Below are positions 24,031 to 35,999 of a stretch of DNA of 64,000 bases, piece after piece. Below the pieces are notes generated by a model. It was given only the letters and a program-made list of their open reading frames with translations. It searched no databases and was not told the origin of the DNA. Source of the DNA: Balanoglossus misakiensis (taxonomy: Eukaryota > Animalia > Hemichordata). The DNA lies in assembly GCA_040954595.2 (NCBI GenBank), contig CM082578.2, positions 16,352,998 to 16,416,997 on the forward strand, read 5' to 3'. Position numbers and translations under genes: made by a program. Each line of letters opens with the position of its first letter. The first letter of the stretch is position 1.

Positions 24031-25104
24031 ATGGCAAATCCTACAAAACGAGCGCAGTTGATTACCGACATCTTGGCCATCCTCGCTATTGTAGTCAGCA
24101 TTCTGGTGGTGATAGTTCAAGGTGGAATCCTCGATTACTACCTGATTTCCCATAACCCTGACAACAAGGCACACTATGCCTGGATCATCTGTGATGTCGT
24201 TGCTGTTGTCGTCTGGTTGTATGCACTCATCAAGTCATACATACTCCTGGTTAGGCGACAGAATTTGACAGAGATGGATGGTCAGGCCATGTCCAAAGTG
24301 AAGAAGAGAATAGGTTTTGTAAAATCTGTCCTGACTGATGAGCTGCGCTATGTCTATGCGTGTTGGCTGGTGTATGCATGTTGCCTGGTGCCAAGGGTCG
24401 CCTACATCTTCAAGACCATCGCCGAGACCTTGCAGGAGAATTCTGCGTTTGGGCCGAACACACTGAAGTTGACCGTCTCCCTGGCGGCCATCTCATACCT
24501 GTTTCTGGTCTACACACATCACGACAGTCACCCCAACACGACACGCATTCATTACATTTCGTTTCTGACCAGCAGTGTCACTTTCAACATCCTGGACAGT
24601 TGTCAGCTGCTCGACATGCTGTTCATCATGGAGACAGAGATTCTGCTGCCTTTTTACTTGGAGAATTTGATCCTGGCGTTTGCCTGTGTGAATTTCTTCC
24701 TCCCAGTCCTGGCCCTGGTGGAGCTGAGGCAGAGTTCGGAGCGAGGCAAGACCACCTCCACCTGGTTCAAGTTCCTCTATGCTCTGTGTCACATCTTCCT
24801 CACCAACTTGCCCTATTTCATCATCCGATCATACCTCTGGCACGGCCGGAACAGCGGTGTGTCCACCTACATGACCAAGAACGTCATCATGCTGGTGCTA
24901 GACATCCATGAGTTCTTCAGCAACTTCGGCAGGTTCAAGGCCAGGGTGTGCAAGCTCTGCAAGAATTCCATCTTGAGCGACAAGTTCAACTTGGACCTCA
25001 AGACCTGCGAAGAGTGCGTCAAGGAATCCGTCGGGCTGGAGGAAACACCTGAAGATGAGAAGGATTCTGTACCTCTTGGTCCAGTTAAGCCAGTTCAGTT
25101 GTGA
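24031..25104 (+). CDS. TMEM121/CECR6-family multi-pass membrane protein (357 aa, single coding exon)
   Basis: Long ORF with coding-like codon use and several hydrophobic helices. Motifs QGGILDYYL, ELRYVYACWLVY, FGPNTLKL, FNILDSCQLLDMLF and NLPYFIIRSYLW...KNV resemble the TMEM121/CECR6 family. Confidence 0.75.
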   Translation: MANPTKRAQLITDILAILAIVVSILVVIVQGGILDYYLISHNPDNKAHYAWIICDVVAVVVWLYALIKSYILLVRRQNLTEMDGQAMSKVKKRIGFVKSVLTDELRYVYACWLVYACCLVPRVAYIFKTIAETLQENSAFGPNTLKLTVSLAAISYLFLVYTHHDSHPNTTRIHYISFLTSSVTFNILDSCQLLDMLFIMETEILLPFYLENLILAFACVNFFLPVLALVELRQSSERGKTTSTWFKFLYALCHIFLTNLPYFIIRSYLWHGRNSGVSTYMTKNVIMLVLDIHEFFSNFGRFKARVCKLCKNSILSDKFNLDLKTCEECVKESVGLEETPEDEKDSVPLGPVKPVQL

Positions 25105-26426
25105 ATCAGTCAAATTTATGTGTAAATGTCAAAACATTTGTAAAGTGAAAATATGTGGTGCCTAGCATGACTGCTTAACTCTGATAACTTTTCTGAAAAT
25201 TCGGTCAGTGCATGATTTTCTTGAGAACACTCTGATTATTACACATCACTGAACATATGGCATATTTTTGAAGACTAGAATACAGACTGTCCGCTAGTGT
25301 GCAATAATCCTTGAAGACAGTAGCCTCTGCATTGATTTGGAATGCATTGACAAATGGATGCACAGAAGTTTACAGTGCAGTTTGTTGAAAGTTTAGATGC
25401 AATAAGGGACAGGGTAAAATTGATGTCACACTTTACTGCCAGTAAAATATTAGTAATCATGTTGAACAGATTTAGTGCTAAATTTCTGATTTCACACATT
25501 TTTGACCTAGCTACTTAAATATATATGGGTATGTCAAGTAATAGATACACAGCATAGATGTTGCTTAACACAAGTGCTCCATACCCAGTGTTTGTGTGTA
25601 TCACTGACATCTAAGCATTTACCGTAGAAGTTTTTTTTTAAATGACAGTGATTCTGGGCCTTAAACTGTTTGTAAATATTGCTATAAGCTACATGTCTTA
25701 CAGTGCATGATTTAGGATTATCTGTATTTTTATTGTAAAGTGCTTGAAGGCTAAAACTAATTGTGGGTTGTGTGTTTTAATGAACCAAAGGACAAGGTAC
25801 CAAGTACTTTTTTATACTTTTTATATTTATTATTTTTTGCGATTGTATTTTTTGTGGTTTTTGTCATACAGAAGCAGATGGTCACATTTACAAAAAAAAG
25901 AATCATAATCATTTTTCAGCAGTGAAGTAGAACATCTGTGATCATTTTCTTCCCTGAAATAAAAATACCTCCGCATTTGTTTACTCTATGAGCCAATACA
26001 TATCAATTCCACCACAAACAAAGGAATTATAATTGTCAAAAATTTGAACCATTTTGGTGAAAGTGTAAATGTTAATTATTTTGATTTTTACATATTTTGT
26101 ATTTTGTGTAATTCAAAATGATCGGAGTCTAAAGTGATTTGTGTTGTTGATTATATTTATAGACAGTTATGTTGCATTTTATGATAGTTAATCTCCATTA
26201 AATCTATATACACGTACCATTAAATGTTTGTTTCTGTTGATTTCCTTTTATTGACAAGAACCGTGACCCTTCCATTTTACTTTGCATGTTGACTTTACAG
26301 CGCCACCAGTGTTATTCAATAAATATTTCTTTTGTTTTTTTGTGACTTAATCGTACGACTGATACACCTTAGCAGAGTTGCAAACAATTTGTTTTCATGC
26401 ACCATTTTGGCTTCATTGCCGTACAC

Positions 26427-27887
26427 TTAAATAAACCACGTTTCCGTTTTATTGAACTGTCTGAAAGTTCTCTTTCCCACAAACATTTGGTAGTATTTGA
26501 GGTTTAATTGAACTGGTCGAAGCGTTCTGTTTTCATTCAGTTCCAAAAGACAATCGAGCACCAGGCTATCGTAGTCGATGTGGAATTTATTGATAAAGAG
26601 ATGAGGACGCTGCACGATCCATGGCAAATCCCGCCAAGAAAAGATGCACAATCCACGATAGAATTTGCCCTTACAAGACACATCTGGGCGTGAGGCGTCC
26701 ATCCACACTTTCGCCCTCGAAATGATGGATCCGGTCTGCTTTACACCTGGGCCACCTGGTGCATCGGGAAGTGAGGCCATAGTCTGATAGAAGGACTCAT
26801 CTGGTATTCCAGTATCTTTCAACCAATCAAGGAAGTCCTGCGCAACAGTGCTGTTGTGAAGGAATTCGACAAACTCTCGTGTGAGAGCGCTGTGTAGACT
26901 TCCTTTGCGAACTTTTATGCCATGTGGAACGGGTTCAGTTTTATTGATTCGGGTCTTCTTGATTTTATTATTCATGACGTAATACCTGAATTTTGTCCTA
27001 TTTGGAGCCGTGTTGAAAACGCTTACCAGATCGTTGCTATGGTTAAATTGCTTCAGAATCTGAACGATCTCCAAGTTTGTTTTGAGGGGATATTCCTGTC
27101 CTGTAAGGTTAATGATGTACTTCCAGGCGCGACCAGAATCCAACAGGTCTCTTTGGCACTGGCGTTCCGCGTAAACCAGTCGGATGGAGCCCCAGACGAC
27201 ACTGAAGAGGCGCGATGCTATGAAGACGTTGTCAAAACACTTTGAGATCACCAGCATAGCCCGATGAAGTTGTATTGGTGCCTTACGATCCACGTGGATG
27301 CAGTATACATTATGTGGTCTGTAGATAGCTCTCAATAATAGTTCAACTTGATATGCTGATTTGTACATCAAAATGCTGAATGCGATGGGAAACGCTCTTT
27401 CCTCCTCAGTCACCGGTTTATCGAAGTATCCCCGTTCATCCACAAACTCTCTGCAGTTTACCGCCATCTTCGCCATCGTTTCGTCGGAAAGAACTCGTTT
27501 CCTGGCAGATTCAGCGAGGCTCTCAATATAACTGATATTGTCGATTTTCCCACGAACAAGATCAGCGCACTTCCCATCGTACTGCGAGACATCGACTGGA
27601 AAACTCTGGTGGTCGGACAGCGGCGCATCGTCTGGCGGTGTTCGTTTCCTCCCAGGTTCAACAACGCCTCCAATCTTGTGACTCGAATTGTCAGTTTTTC
27701 TGACAATACGATGAGAGAATTTCCCGACATGATGCCATACCTCAGGTTTTTCTTCCAACAGAGCGCGGTATACAAAACAGATTCCAACTGACAGGAGCAA
27801 ACATAGTATTCCCAAACAAAAGCGTGCTTTTCGTGATGATGAACATCCGTTCTGTGGAGTAACCGCAAACAGCTTCATCTTTCTCAT
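26427..27887 (-). CDS. Core-2/I-branching beta-1,6-N-acetylglucosaminyltransferase (GT14, GCNT-like), 486 aa, single coding exon
   Basis: Type II membrane anchor near the N-terminus. GT14 motifs FPIAFSILMYK, LLRAIYRPHNVYCIHVDRK, WKYIINLTGQEYPLKTNLEIV, IPDESFYQT, CKGKFYRGLCIF and HLFINKF. Confidence 0.92.
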   Translation of the reverse strand: MRKMKLFAVTPQNGCSSSRKARFCLGILCLLLSVGICFVYRALLEEKPEVWHHVGKFSHRIVRKTDNSSHKIGGVVEPGRKRTPPDDAPLSDHQSFPVDVSQYDGKCADLVRGKIDNISYIESLAESARKRVLSDETMAKMAVNCREFVDERGYFDKPVTEEERAFPIAFSILMYKSAYQVELLLRAIYRPHNVYCIHVDRKAPIQLHRAMLVISKCFDNVFIASRLFSVVWGSIRLVYAERQCQRDLLDSGRAWKYIINLTGQEYPLKTNLEIVQILKQFNHSNDLVSVFNTAPNRTKFRYYVMNNKIKKTRINKTEPVPHGIKVRKGSLHSALTREFVEFLHNSTVAQDFLDWLKDTGIPDESFYQTMASLPDAPGGPGVKQTGSIISRAKVWMDASRPDVSCKGKFYRGLCIFSWRDLPWIVQRPHLFINKFHIDYDSLVLDCLLELNENRTLRPVQLNLKYYQMFVGKRTFRQFNKTETWFI

Positions 27888-29243
27888 AATTTTCTGTCGG
27901 AGTCCTTTGCTGAAGATGTATTCTGATGGAAGAAAACGACAATTATTAAATAAAACGTTTTAAGTAACCCTTGTCATTTCCACCGTATATAACATTACTT
28001 CTATATTTATTTCCTAAAAATGATCAAGACCTGCAGACAATGGAAAAAATATCCGCTTGGTCTTGAATCAAAGAACAAATACGGGAGAAATGTATGAAAT
28101 GTGTTCGGAATATGGAAGGAGAGCGAACGATTTCCAAGTCGCATGTCAATCCCTCGACCCTATCAACATTCCAGGGGTCAAAAAATCAAGACAAGAGAAA
28201 GCAGCGGACATTTCTGGGTCTGGATTTGTTTAAGGGTTGAAATAACTCACCACATTTCAGCTGCGTCTCTTCTGAAAGTGCTGAAGACTCCTTGAAGAGT
28301 TGATCTCTGTGAAGCGTGACTGCAGGCGGCCATGTCGGAGAGGAACTTACAGGCCCAGGCCTACCATCGAGAACAAACTGTAGACATGATAGTCAATAGA
28401 TAACTAGCGACCCACATGCAAATTAACGTTAGCTAAGCAGATGTTCACCAAACAACGAAGCCAATCAGATGGTAGGATTCAACACATGAGTGACTTAAGT
28501 TGTTATGCAAAAAATAGAAAGTGTGTGAGTTGCTCATAAAACCCAGGATTTACTTATTTTGTTCGTGCGAGCCCGTGGAATTTGTCTCTTCTTATATGAT
28601 AAGGGACATGGAGAATTTCTAGAAAACCTATTGCTGTTGTCAGTTTCATCAAAGAATGGGGTTTTACACATAGCAGAACTTGTCAATATAATTGATTTGA
28701 CTTCAGGCAAAGAAAGTTAAGTCCTGAAATACCTGTACACTGATGTCTGTAGGAAAAATAAGATTCTGTTAAAACCGTTGGATGAAATTACTGCCTCTCT
28801 CTGCTTCACTTTTTAGGCCTATTAGAGGCTCAGAGTACAAAAAAATCTTTTTGCGGCCTTTTGAGGTTGAAACAACATTCTCAGTGTTCCTTATTACTTA
28901 GGCGCCTGTCAATAGACACACCGAATAATTAAATGTAAGGTGTTCTGATCGTTCTGTGTGTTAGATCCATAAGGATAAGTGTAGGCCTACGTGGTGAGAT
29001 TACAATTGAATTGTGGCTCAGTGATGGATGTGACTGTAGCAGACTGTTACTGAGTATGAACTACGCACTTTGAACCCACACGCTTTCCCCCCGTGCATGC
29101 AAACACCCCTCATTCATTACGTGGTCACCAGTGACGCGTTGCATTTCCCATCCTCCCATGTGGCCAGCTTCATTCAACGACGGCCATCGATCTGATTCTG
29201 CGCCCTGTTGAAAACTGGTACTAGCCGCCTCTCATCAGCTGGA

Positions 29244-29314
29244 CCAATCCGGAAGTGACTGCTGTGACGCTTTTCATAAACAAGGTTTTAACCTTGTATA
29301 AGTTTGTATAGCAG
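29244..29314 (+). promoter_or_regulatory. Probable ALDH5A1 promoter and non-coding first exon
   Basis: CCAAT (29244-29248) abuts CCGGAAGT (29249-29256) in a CpG-rich island. Donor CAG|GTGAGA at 29315. Head-to-head with the GCNT-like gene. Confidence 0.5.
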
Positions 29315-29574
29315 GTGAGAGCGCTGCATATCGCGATAGCGCGCCGTGCGAGTATATTTGATCTGCTGCGGCGATCATCGCATCGGGTCCGACCACCACC
29401 TCGCCTCACAAGCCCATAGTCTGAGGAGACGGGTGTCGCTGATATGAATGATTGATCGAAATATGCAGTGAGATTGCCACAAGAAAAGCAGTTGTACTGA
29501 CAAGGTCGCGGGTCGAGAACGATCATTGTTTACACATCTGAGTCTGCCAGTGGTACGTGACTGCTACAGTCAAA

Positions 29575-32500
29575 ATGATGTTGAAGACGCATACAGCTGT
29601 GTGTGCGTACAGTATCATGAAGGGACCGGTAGGTCTTTATTTGTAGATGTAATGAATTACACTTATGCTGGACCTCTTGCGACCTTTGATACCGTTTGCT
29701 GCTTGCTCATGTTTTACGTCACCGTCCTTCAACAGCTGATATGTACAGTGATAATAGAAGATATGGCGGTGCCACAGTTGCCTTGGAGAGTTGTGATTGT
29801 CCCTTATGACTTAGAAACGTCATAGGAGTCAAAACCCCCTTTTCTAAGTAATAGGAGCACTCCCCCGGAACAACTCCCAAGCGCCTGTGGGCGGCGGTGT
29901 GCGGTTGAATTTCTCTGTCATCTCTGTCATCTTTTGCAAGCTTGTCCGAGTTTTTTTGTCTGTATCAACATTTATTTAGCGTTTTTAGGTTGTATAGTGC
30001 AATATGAGGGATTTTGTCTTGCTGGTGCTGGCTTTGATTTTGGAAAAGTATTTTCTCTTTCAGTGGAATAATTAATATGAAAAGTAATTCCATCATTTTT
30101 TTGCACAGGGAATATGAGAGGGTCGACAATCAATTCAAGATGAAACATGAAAAGAATATAGTTTAGACAAAAAATCTCATTTCAATCCCAAATATAGATC
30201 ACAACCCTAATTAAAATGTCATTTCACGCTTTGCTTTTCGAGTTGGTGGTACTAAAACAGATTGAATTTAGTACAAACATGTTTTGGAATGAAATGATCT
30301 GTCAATTCATGACCCTCTTCATTTATATGCATTTGATTTGAGGTATCATGATTAGGCCGGGGAACATTTCATTGTCATGACATTGCAGCACAGCTGGGTG
30401 TTTTTTGGACAAATTGGAGGTGCTCCATCTTCAAGTACACATTTGTCAAGGAAGTTGGTTGTCTTTTGTTGGCTGCCAGCGAGCTCTATCTTATATCTTC
30501 ACCAAACTTTCTGGTCAAATTCCTCATTTTTTCAGACATCAAAATACCCAGTGAACTTGGTTGTAGGAAGTTTCTCATTCTAGTGAAGCACTGTAGTGTA
30601 CTTCTTCTGGCATATTGATCTTTTAGTGTTCAGGGTCATTTTGTCCCATTGTCCACTGCACTATGCCCTGTGCAGAACTAGCTCTAGCGCCCTCAATAGG
30701 CCACCCAACAAATGATGGATTTTTGATCAATATGGTGAATGCACAGTGGCTGTTTGTCGAGAATTTTCTTGTGACCATGTTTCATGTTTGTGGTAGTGTG
30801 TGTGACAGACAAATAGAGCTATTTATTAAGAAACATGATGGTATATAGTTTTGTGTATTTTTAGCTGGCCTTATGCCAAAGTTGCATGATTTGCATTTTG
30901 TTTGTGCTGAATTTTTGCCAGCAAAACAGTGTGGATGACCTTGGAAAAGAATCAATTGTTTGTGTATCTGAAGGTGAGAGGATTATGGTTTAGAGAAACC
31001 AGTCTTCAGTGTTTTTTAACACCAACAGAGGTCCCTTGTGAAGTTTCAGGGAAGAAAAGTACTGGATATTTCCTAATTACCATCAGGGGAACTTTGTCAA
31101 ATGTAAAGTATGGATGAAGAAATGTGGTGCGATGTGATGTATTTGTCACTATGCCAGTGATGCAGTTGTATTAAAACTAATGGAGTTGATCAAAATGGTT
31201 GAAATTTCTATTTTACTGTTAATAGTGGTGTTTCCTTCATTAGTAGATTTAACCCTTTCACCCCCAGTTCCCTCTTTAGAGGTCCACCTTTACCATAGAA
31301 AAGAATGGGTTTGGACTGAACCATTGTGGTGAACGGGTGAAGAACTGTGCAGACTATGCTGTCGTACTCATGATAGCGATCTAAGAAATGTTTACATATC
31401 TGTCCCAGTGCTATATAAATGTTATCTTGGCAGCAAGGGAAGTTATACTGCCACCCTGATTGAGTGCACAGGGGGACAGAGTCCGTGACCAATATCAGTG
31501 AAATTTGGCAGCTAGTAAATATGGTGTCATGCGTTGCATTGTAAGACTTGGCACACAGATAAATCTGTCTGTCCATACACCAGCAAATATTTGACATCAG
31601 ACTTTTGCCATGCCTGATATTAGAAAGCACATGTAGCAGTAATTAAAAACGTGCAGATTCTTGGTCTCTGCATGCGGTTTTGGTGCATGTTGGGACTTGC
31701 AATGCTCACTGTTGATTGGACCGTTTTTATAAGGTGGCTCACCCCACTGGTCAGTCAACATTCATTTCATATTTCAGATAAAATATATTGTTTCAACCTG
31801 TCGTGTTTCTTTCATTTTTAGATCTTCAGCATTGCAAGAAGTTTGACAAGCATGGCTGCCAAAAAGTATGTTTAATGTATTTCACTTTTGTAATATTGTA
31901 GGATTTTGTCTGGTTATGTGTGTTAAGACATTCCTTAGAGACCCAGGAAAGAATGGATTAATATTTTCAGTGATCACATTTTGCTTTTCATCGCTGCATT
32001 ATTTTAATATTTAAGAGACTTTTTTTGTATAGTGTGCCTGTATACTTAACCACTTTAATCACATCTTTTCCAGTCCCTTTATTCGTGACAAGGCCTACAT
32101 CGGGGGTAAGTGGGTGTCTGCCAAGGATGGCAGTACATTTGAAGTCAGGAACCCATCCAATGGGGAACTGATCGGATCTGTGCCTGACATGAAAGCTGTT
32201 GATGCCGAAGCCGCCGTCAAAGTGGCCTATGACAGTTTTCAGACATGGAAGCAAACTATTGCAAAGGTAATGCTCTGTCATTGTCCCCCTTGTTGTGTTT
32301 GAACATTTTGTTATACATAGGGTTTACTTTGCATGGCCAAGATTTCCCATGAGGCTTAGTGTTTGCTGACTCACGCTACACTTGTATTAAAGTATAACAC
32401 TGCAACACGTTGATTTTTCATTGGATAGGAACGGCAAGTGATTCTGCGTCGATGGGATGAACTTATGAAGAAGCACAGAGATGATCTGGCTAAACTGATC

Positions 32501-34987
32501 ACCTTGGAAATGGTAAGTAATGTTGGTAGTTACAATTTAATCCTTAATGATAGACTGTAAAAAAAAGGATATTTACTCTGTGACGTACACTTCTTGTAAA
32601 ATTCACACCTGTACACTATCTAGGAAATCTCAGAAAATGACATCTTACTGACATGACTGATGGATGCTTGATTGATTGATTGATTGATTGACAGGGAAAA
32701 CCAGTGAGAGAAGCTCAAGGTGAAATAGCCTATGCATCTAGCATGTTAGAATGGTTTGCTGAGGAAGCAAGGCGTATCTACGGCGACACCATCCAAGCGC
32801 CGACCAAGACGAAACGTATTGTGGTCATCAAGCAACCCATTGGCGTTGCAAGCATGATAACACCAGTAAGTGTAATTGTTCAAAGTTTGATGTTACCTCA
32901 GATCTTTAGCCACCGACTGTCAGTATAAACTGTGATTTGATCAATCATCTAAAGCTAAACTTTTTTCCTTAAAAATAAATGTGTTTCATCTCTTTGCAGT
33001 GGAATTTTCCGTCAGCTATGATAACAAGGAAAGCAGCGGCTGCCTTGGCTGCTGGCTGTACTGTTGTTTTAAAACCATCAGAAGACACTCCATACTCAGC
33101 TCTGGCTTTGGCAGAGGTAAGGTCCCCTCTAGTTGGGATGGTGGTAGTACATGTAGTTGTTTTCTGTTGGAGATGGACTGCTTGAACATCTTGGTGCATT
33201 ATGAACACTAAAAAAGAACTATGAAAATTTTATAATAATTGTATAGATATGAAATTATGTTTGGTATAGTGATCATCTCGTTTGGTTTGATAAAAAATAT
33301 ATACTCTGTGTGTATTGAAAAGAGATCATGAACCAATTTCAACACATTTGTCTTCTTTGAAATGTTGTCCTCAGTTGGCTGAACAGGCTGGAGTACCACC
33401 TGGTGTCTTCAACGTCGTTACAAGTTCCCGTGCGAGCACGCCTGAGGTTGGCAAAGTCTTGTGCACCCATCCACTCTCTGCTGGAATATCATTCACAGGT
33501 TCAACTGCAGTGGGCAAGGTAAGGGTCAGAGCAGGTCAGATAAAAGGTCAATCAGCCATGCTCCTGACGCTGGTTCAGTGTCTTGTCAGGCACAATGTCC
33601 ACTAAACCTCATTAAAAGCTTTTAAAACTTTTTGTGGATAGACAATCACAATTGGTCTTAATTTGTTCTCGTTTCATTCATATTTCCAGATACTTATGAA
33701 GCATGCTGCTGAAGGTATCAAACACGTTGCATTGGAACTTGGCGGACATGCTGCATTCATTGTCTTCAACTCGGCAGATATTGATGCCGCTGTGAATGGT
33801 GCAATGGTTGCAAAATTCAGGAATGCTGGGCAAGTAAGTGGTCATTACAGGCATACTAACATATCCTGTAGTTATGATGGATGAATGAATGAATGAATGA
33901 ATGAATGAATGAATGAATGAATGAATGAATGAATGAATGAATGAGTTAGTGCTTATCTGTTTAACTTTCTTTTATCTCTCTTCTGCTACACAGGCATGTG
34001 TCGGGGCAAACCGATTCCTTGTGCAGTCCGGTGTCTATGATCAGTTTTGTACAAAGCTGGCTAAGGCCATGAAAGATGAACTCAAAGTAGGCGATGGATT
34101 TCAGGCGGGCGTTACATTGGGTCCATTGATTAACGAACGTGCAGTGGAAAAGGTAATATTAACAAGAATAATTAGGATACACCGATTCCTGAAAATGATA
34201 TGAGTACTGTAAAGTTTTCTGTTGTTTACAAGTTTTGATTGCCATGTCTAAGGCAGTCCAATCAGCATGAAGACCCTTTCCAAGAAACACCCCAGTCCAA
34301 CCACTGAAACATTCATCAATCAATCATATTCAGAGCAGTGTACCAACTCATCTCCTACACCCATTTCTCCACTCTCTTGCAAAGGTTGAACGACATATCA
34401 AAGATGCAGTGGACAAAGGTGCCCGTGTGTTGATGGGCGGAGAGCGACACAGCCGTGGCGGAAACTTCGTTAATGCGACTTTGCTGGGTGACGTCAACAC
34501 AGATATGATTGTAACTCAGGAAGAGACATTTGGACCGCTGGCACCCGTTATCAAGTAAGATATCAAATTTTATGTGTGGTCATGTCGTGGCTTTTTTGTT
34601 ACTATCCCTGCTGAGTTGAATTCATTTGTAGAGCATTTTGATGACGAATGTAGTTTACAAAATGCAAATTCTTGTATGAATTCTTACCAGGGAAATTTTA
34701 CGTTTTCATTTTACTTTGTCAGATTTGAGACTGAAAAAGAAGCAGTGATTATCGCCAACGCCACCAAGGTAGGATTGGCCGGTTACTTCTACACCAATGA
34801 CATCGCTCAAGCGTGGCGCATTGCTGAGGACCTGGAGGTGGGCATGGTCGGAGTGAATGAGGGACTTGTATCAACTGTTGAGACTCCGTTCAGTGGTTGG
34901 AAAGAGTCGGGACTTGGACGGGAGGCATCAAAGTACGGCATGGAAGAGTATCTTCAAATGAAGTCGATTGTGTTTGGTGGAATTTAA
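29575..34987 (+). CDS. ALDH5A1: Succinate-semialdehyde dehydrogenase, mitochondrial (~514 aa)
   Basis: Exons: 29575-29628 (putative presequence, less certain), 31822-31865, 32074-32266, 32429-32512, 32695-32865, 33000-33116, 33375-33518, 33690-33833, 33994-34152, 34385-34554, 34723-34987. Motifs [59 protein letters not shown] (catalytic Cys), EETFGP and KESGLGRE. Confidence 0.93.
31253..31337. mobile_element. piggyBac-like mini-MITE, second diverged copy (ALDH5A1 5' intron)
   Basis: TTAA|CCCTTTCACC ... GGTGAACGGG|TGAA. The interior aligns with 1966-2049 (CCTCT..AGGTCCA..TTTAC..AGAAAA.AATG). Confidence 0.7.
33881..33944. repeat. (ATGA)n tetranucleotide microsatellite in an ALDH5A1 intron
   Basis: About 16 tandem ATGA units. 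Confidence 0.9.
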
Positions 34988-35976
34988 AGTCAAGGTTGCA
35001 CTGCCCATGGTCAATCAAGCGATTTTCCATGATGCAAGTGTTAATTGTAACTCCACAAATATAATTAAGAGTTGCTTTCTGAAATGTGGGACATCATTTG
35101 CTCTTCATTTTATTTTGATGAACAAATTTTATGTACCGATAAAAATTCTCATTTCATTTTCCATGTTTTATTTCACAATTATGGCTATGGTAATTCAAGT
35201 TAGACAGTATGGTTCATGCAAAGCATCTGCAGTCTCTATTTTTTGTACAACAAGGTAAGATTAATTGAGCCATTTGACCTTTGAGAGGTGTTTCTTCTGT
35301 ACTGACTATGAATTTGACTACAGCAGAACCATCACCCGTTCTTAATTTTAAGATTGTGCAATTTTTAGTCTTGGTTGTGGTAATATTGAATCCAACTTTA
35401 TTTAGGCTGGGTGGGTTAGTGCAGTGAAATAAAGTATTAGGATTTTCAACACTTTCAAACATCTTAGGCATCTGAACACAAATGATGTAGTTACTCAACC
35501 AAGTGAAATTCAACTGGAAGATGATCAATACAAGTTAGGCTGTGGTATGATTATGTAAGGATAGATTTTCATGTTGAAATGAAGAACCTTGCAGCTAGAA
35601 CATTGTCTTGAAATTTTCTTGATAAGAAATGTACACCGACATAAGTGCAAATTAAAATGCTATAACATGTCAAACTAAATTTGAGTTTGTTTCATTTGTG
35701 GATATCTGCTATTGTGTTGTGTTGTGTTCCTTTGCAAGGACTATTTTATTGTTTGTGCTGAACATACCATGGTCCAGAATTCCTGAAAATGTTGCACCAA
35801 AAATTAAAATTTTAAAACCTGTTTATTAATTGCATTCATCCGCTTTGCAATTTGGCCGTGTCGGGGAGTACTGTTGACCGCCACCAACGGCAATAAGAGA
35901 TGCCACGTTTGTCTTCATGTCCATTTTGTCATTACTCTCAACAGCCCCGGCCAATTCTATGATTTTTGGACTATTT

Positions 35977-35999
35977 CCCCCCCCCCCCCCCCCCCCCCC
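35977..35999. repeat. poly-C tract
   Basis: Run of about 23 C. Confidence 0.9.

Noticed and set aside
24360-24911. 183-aa alternative-frame ORF inside the TMEM121-like CDS
   Set aside because: Expected from GC3-rich codon usage in the main frame; non-ATG start and no motifs.
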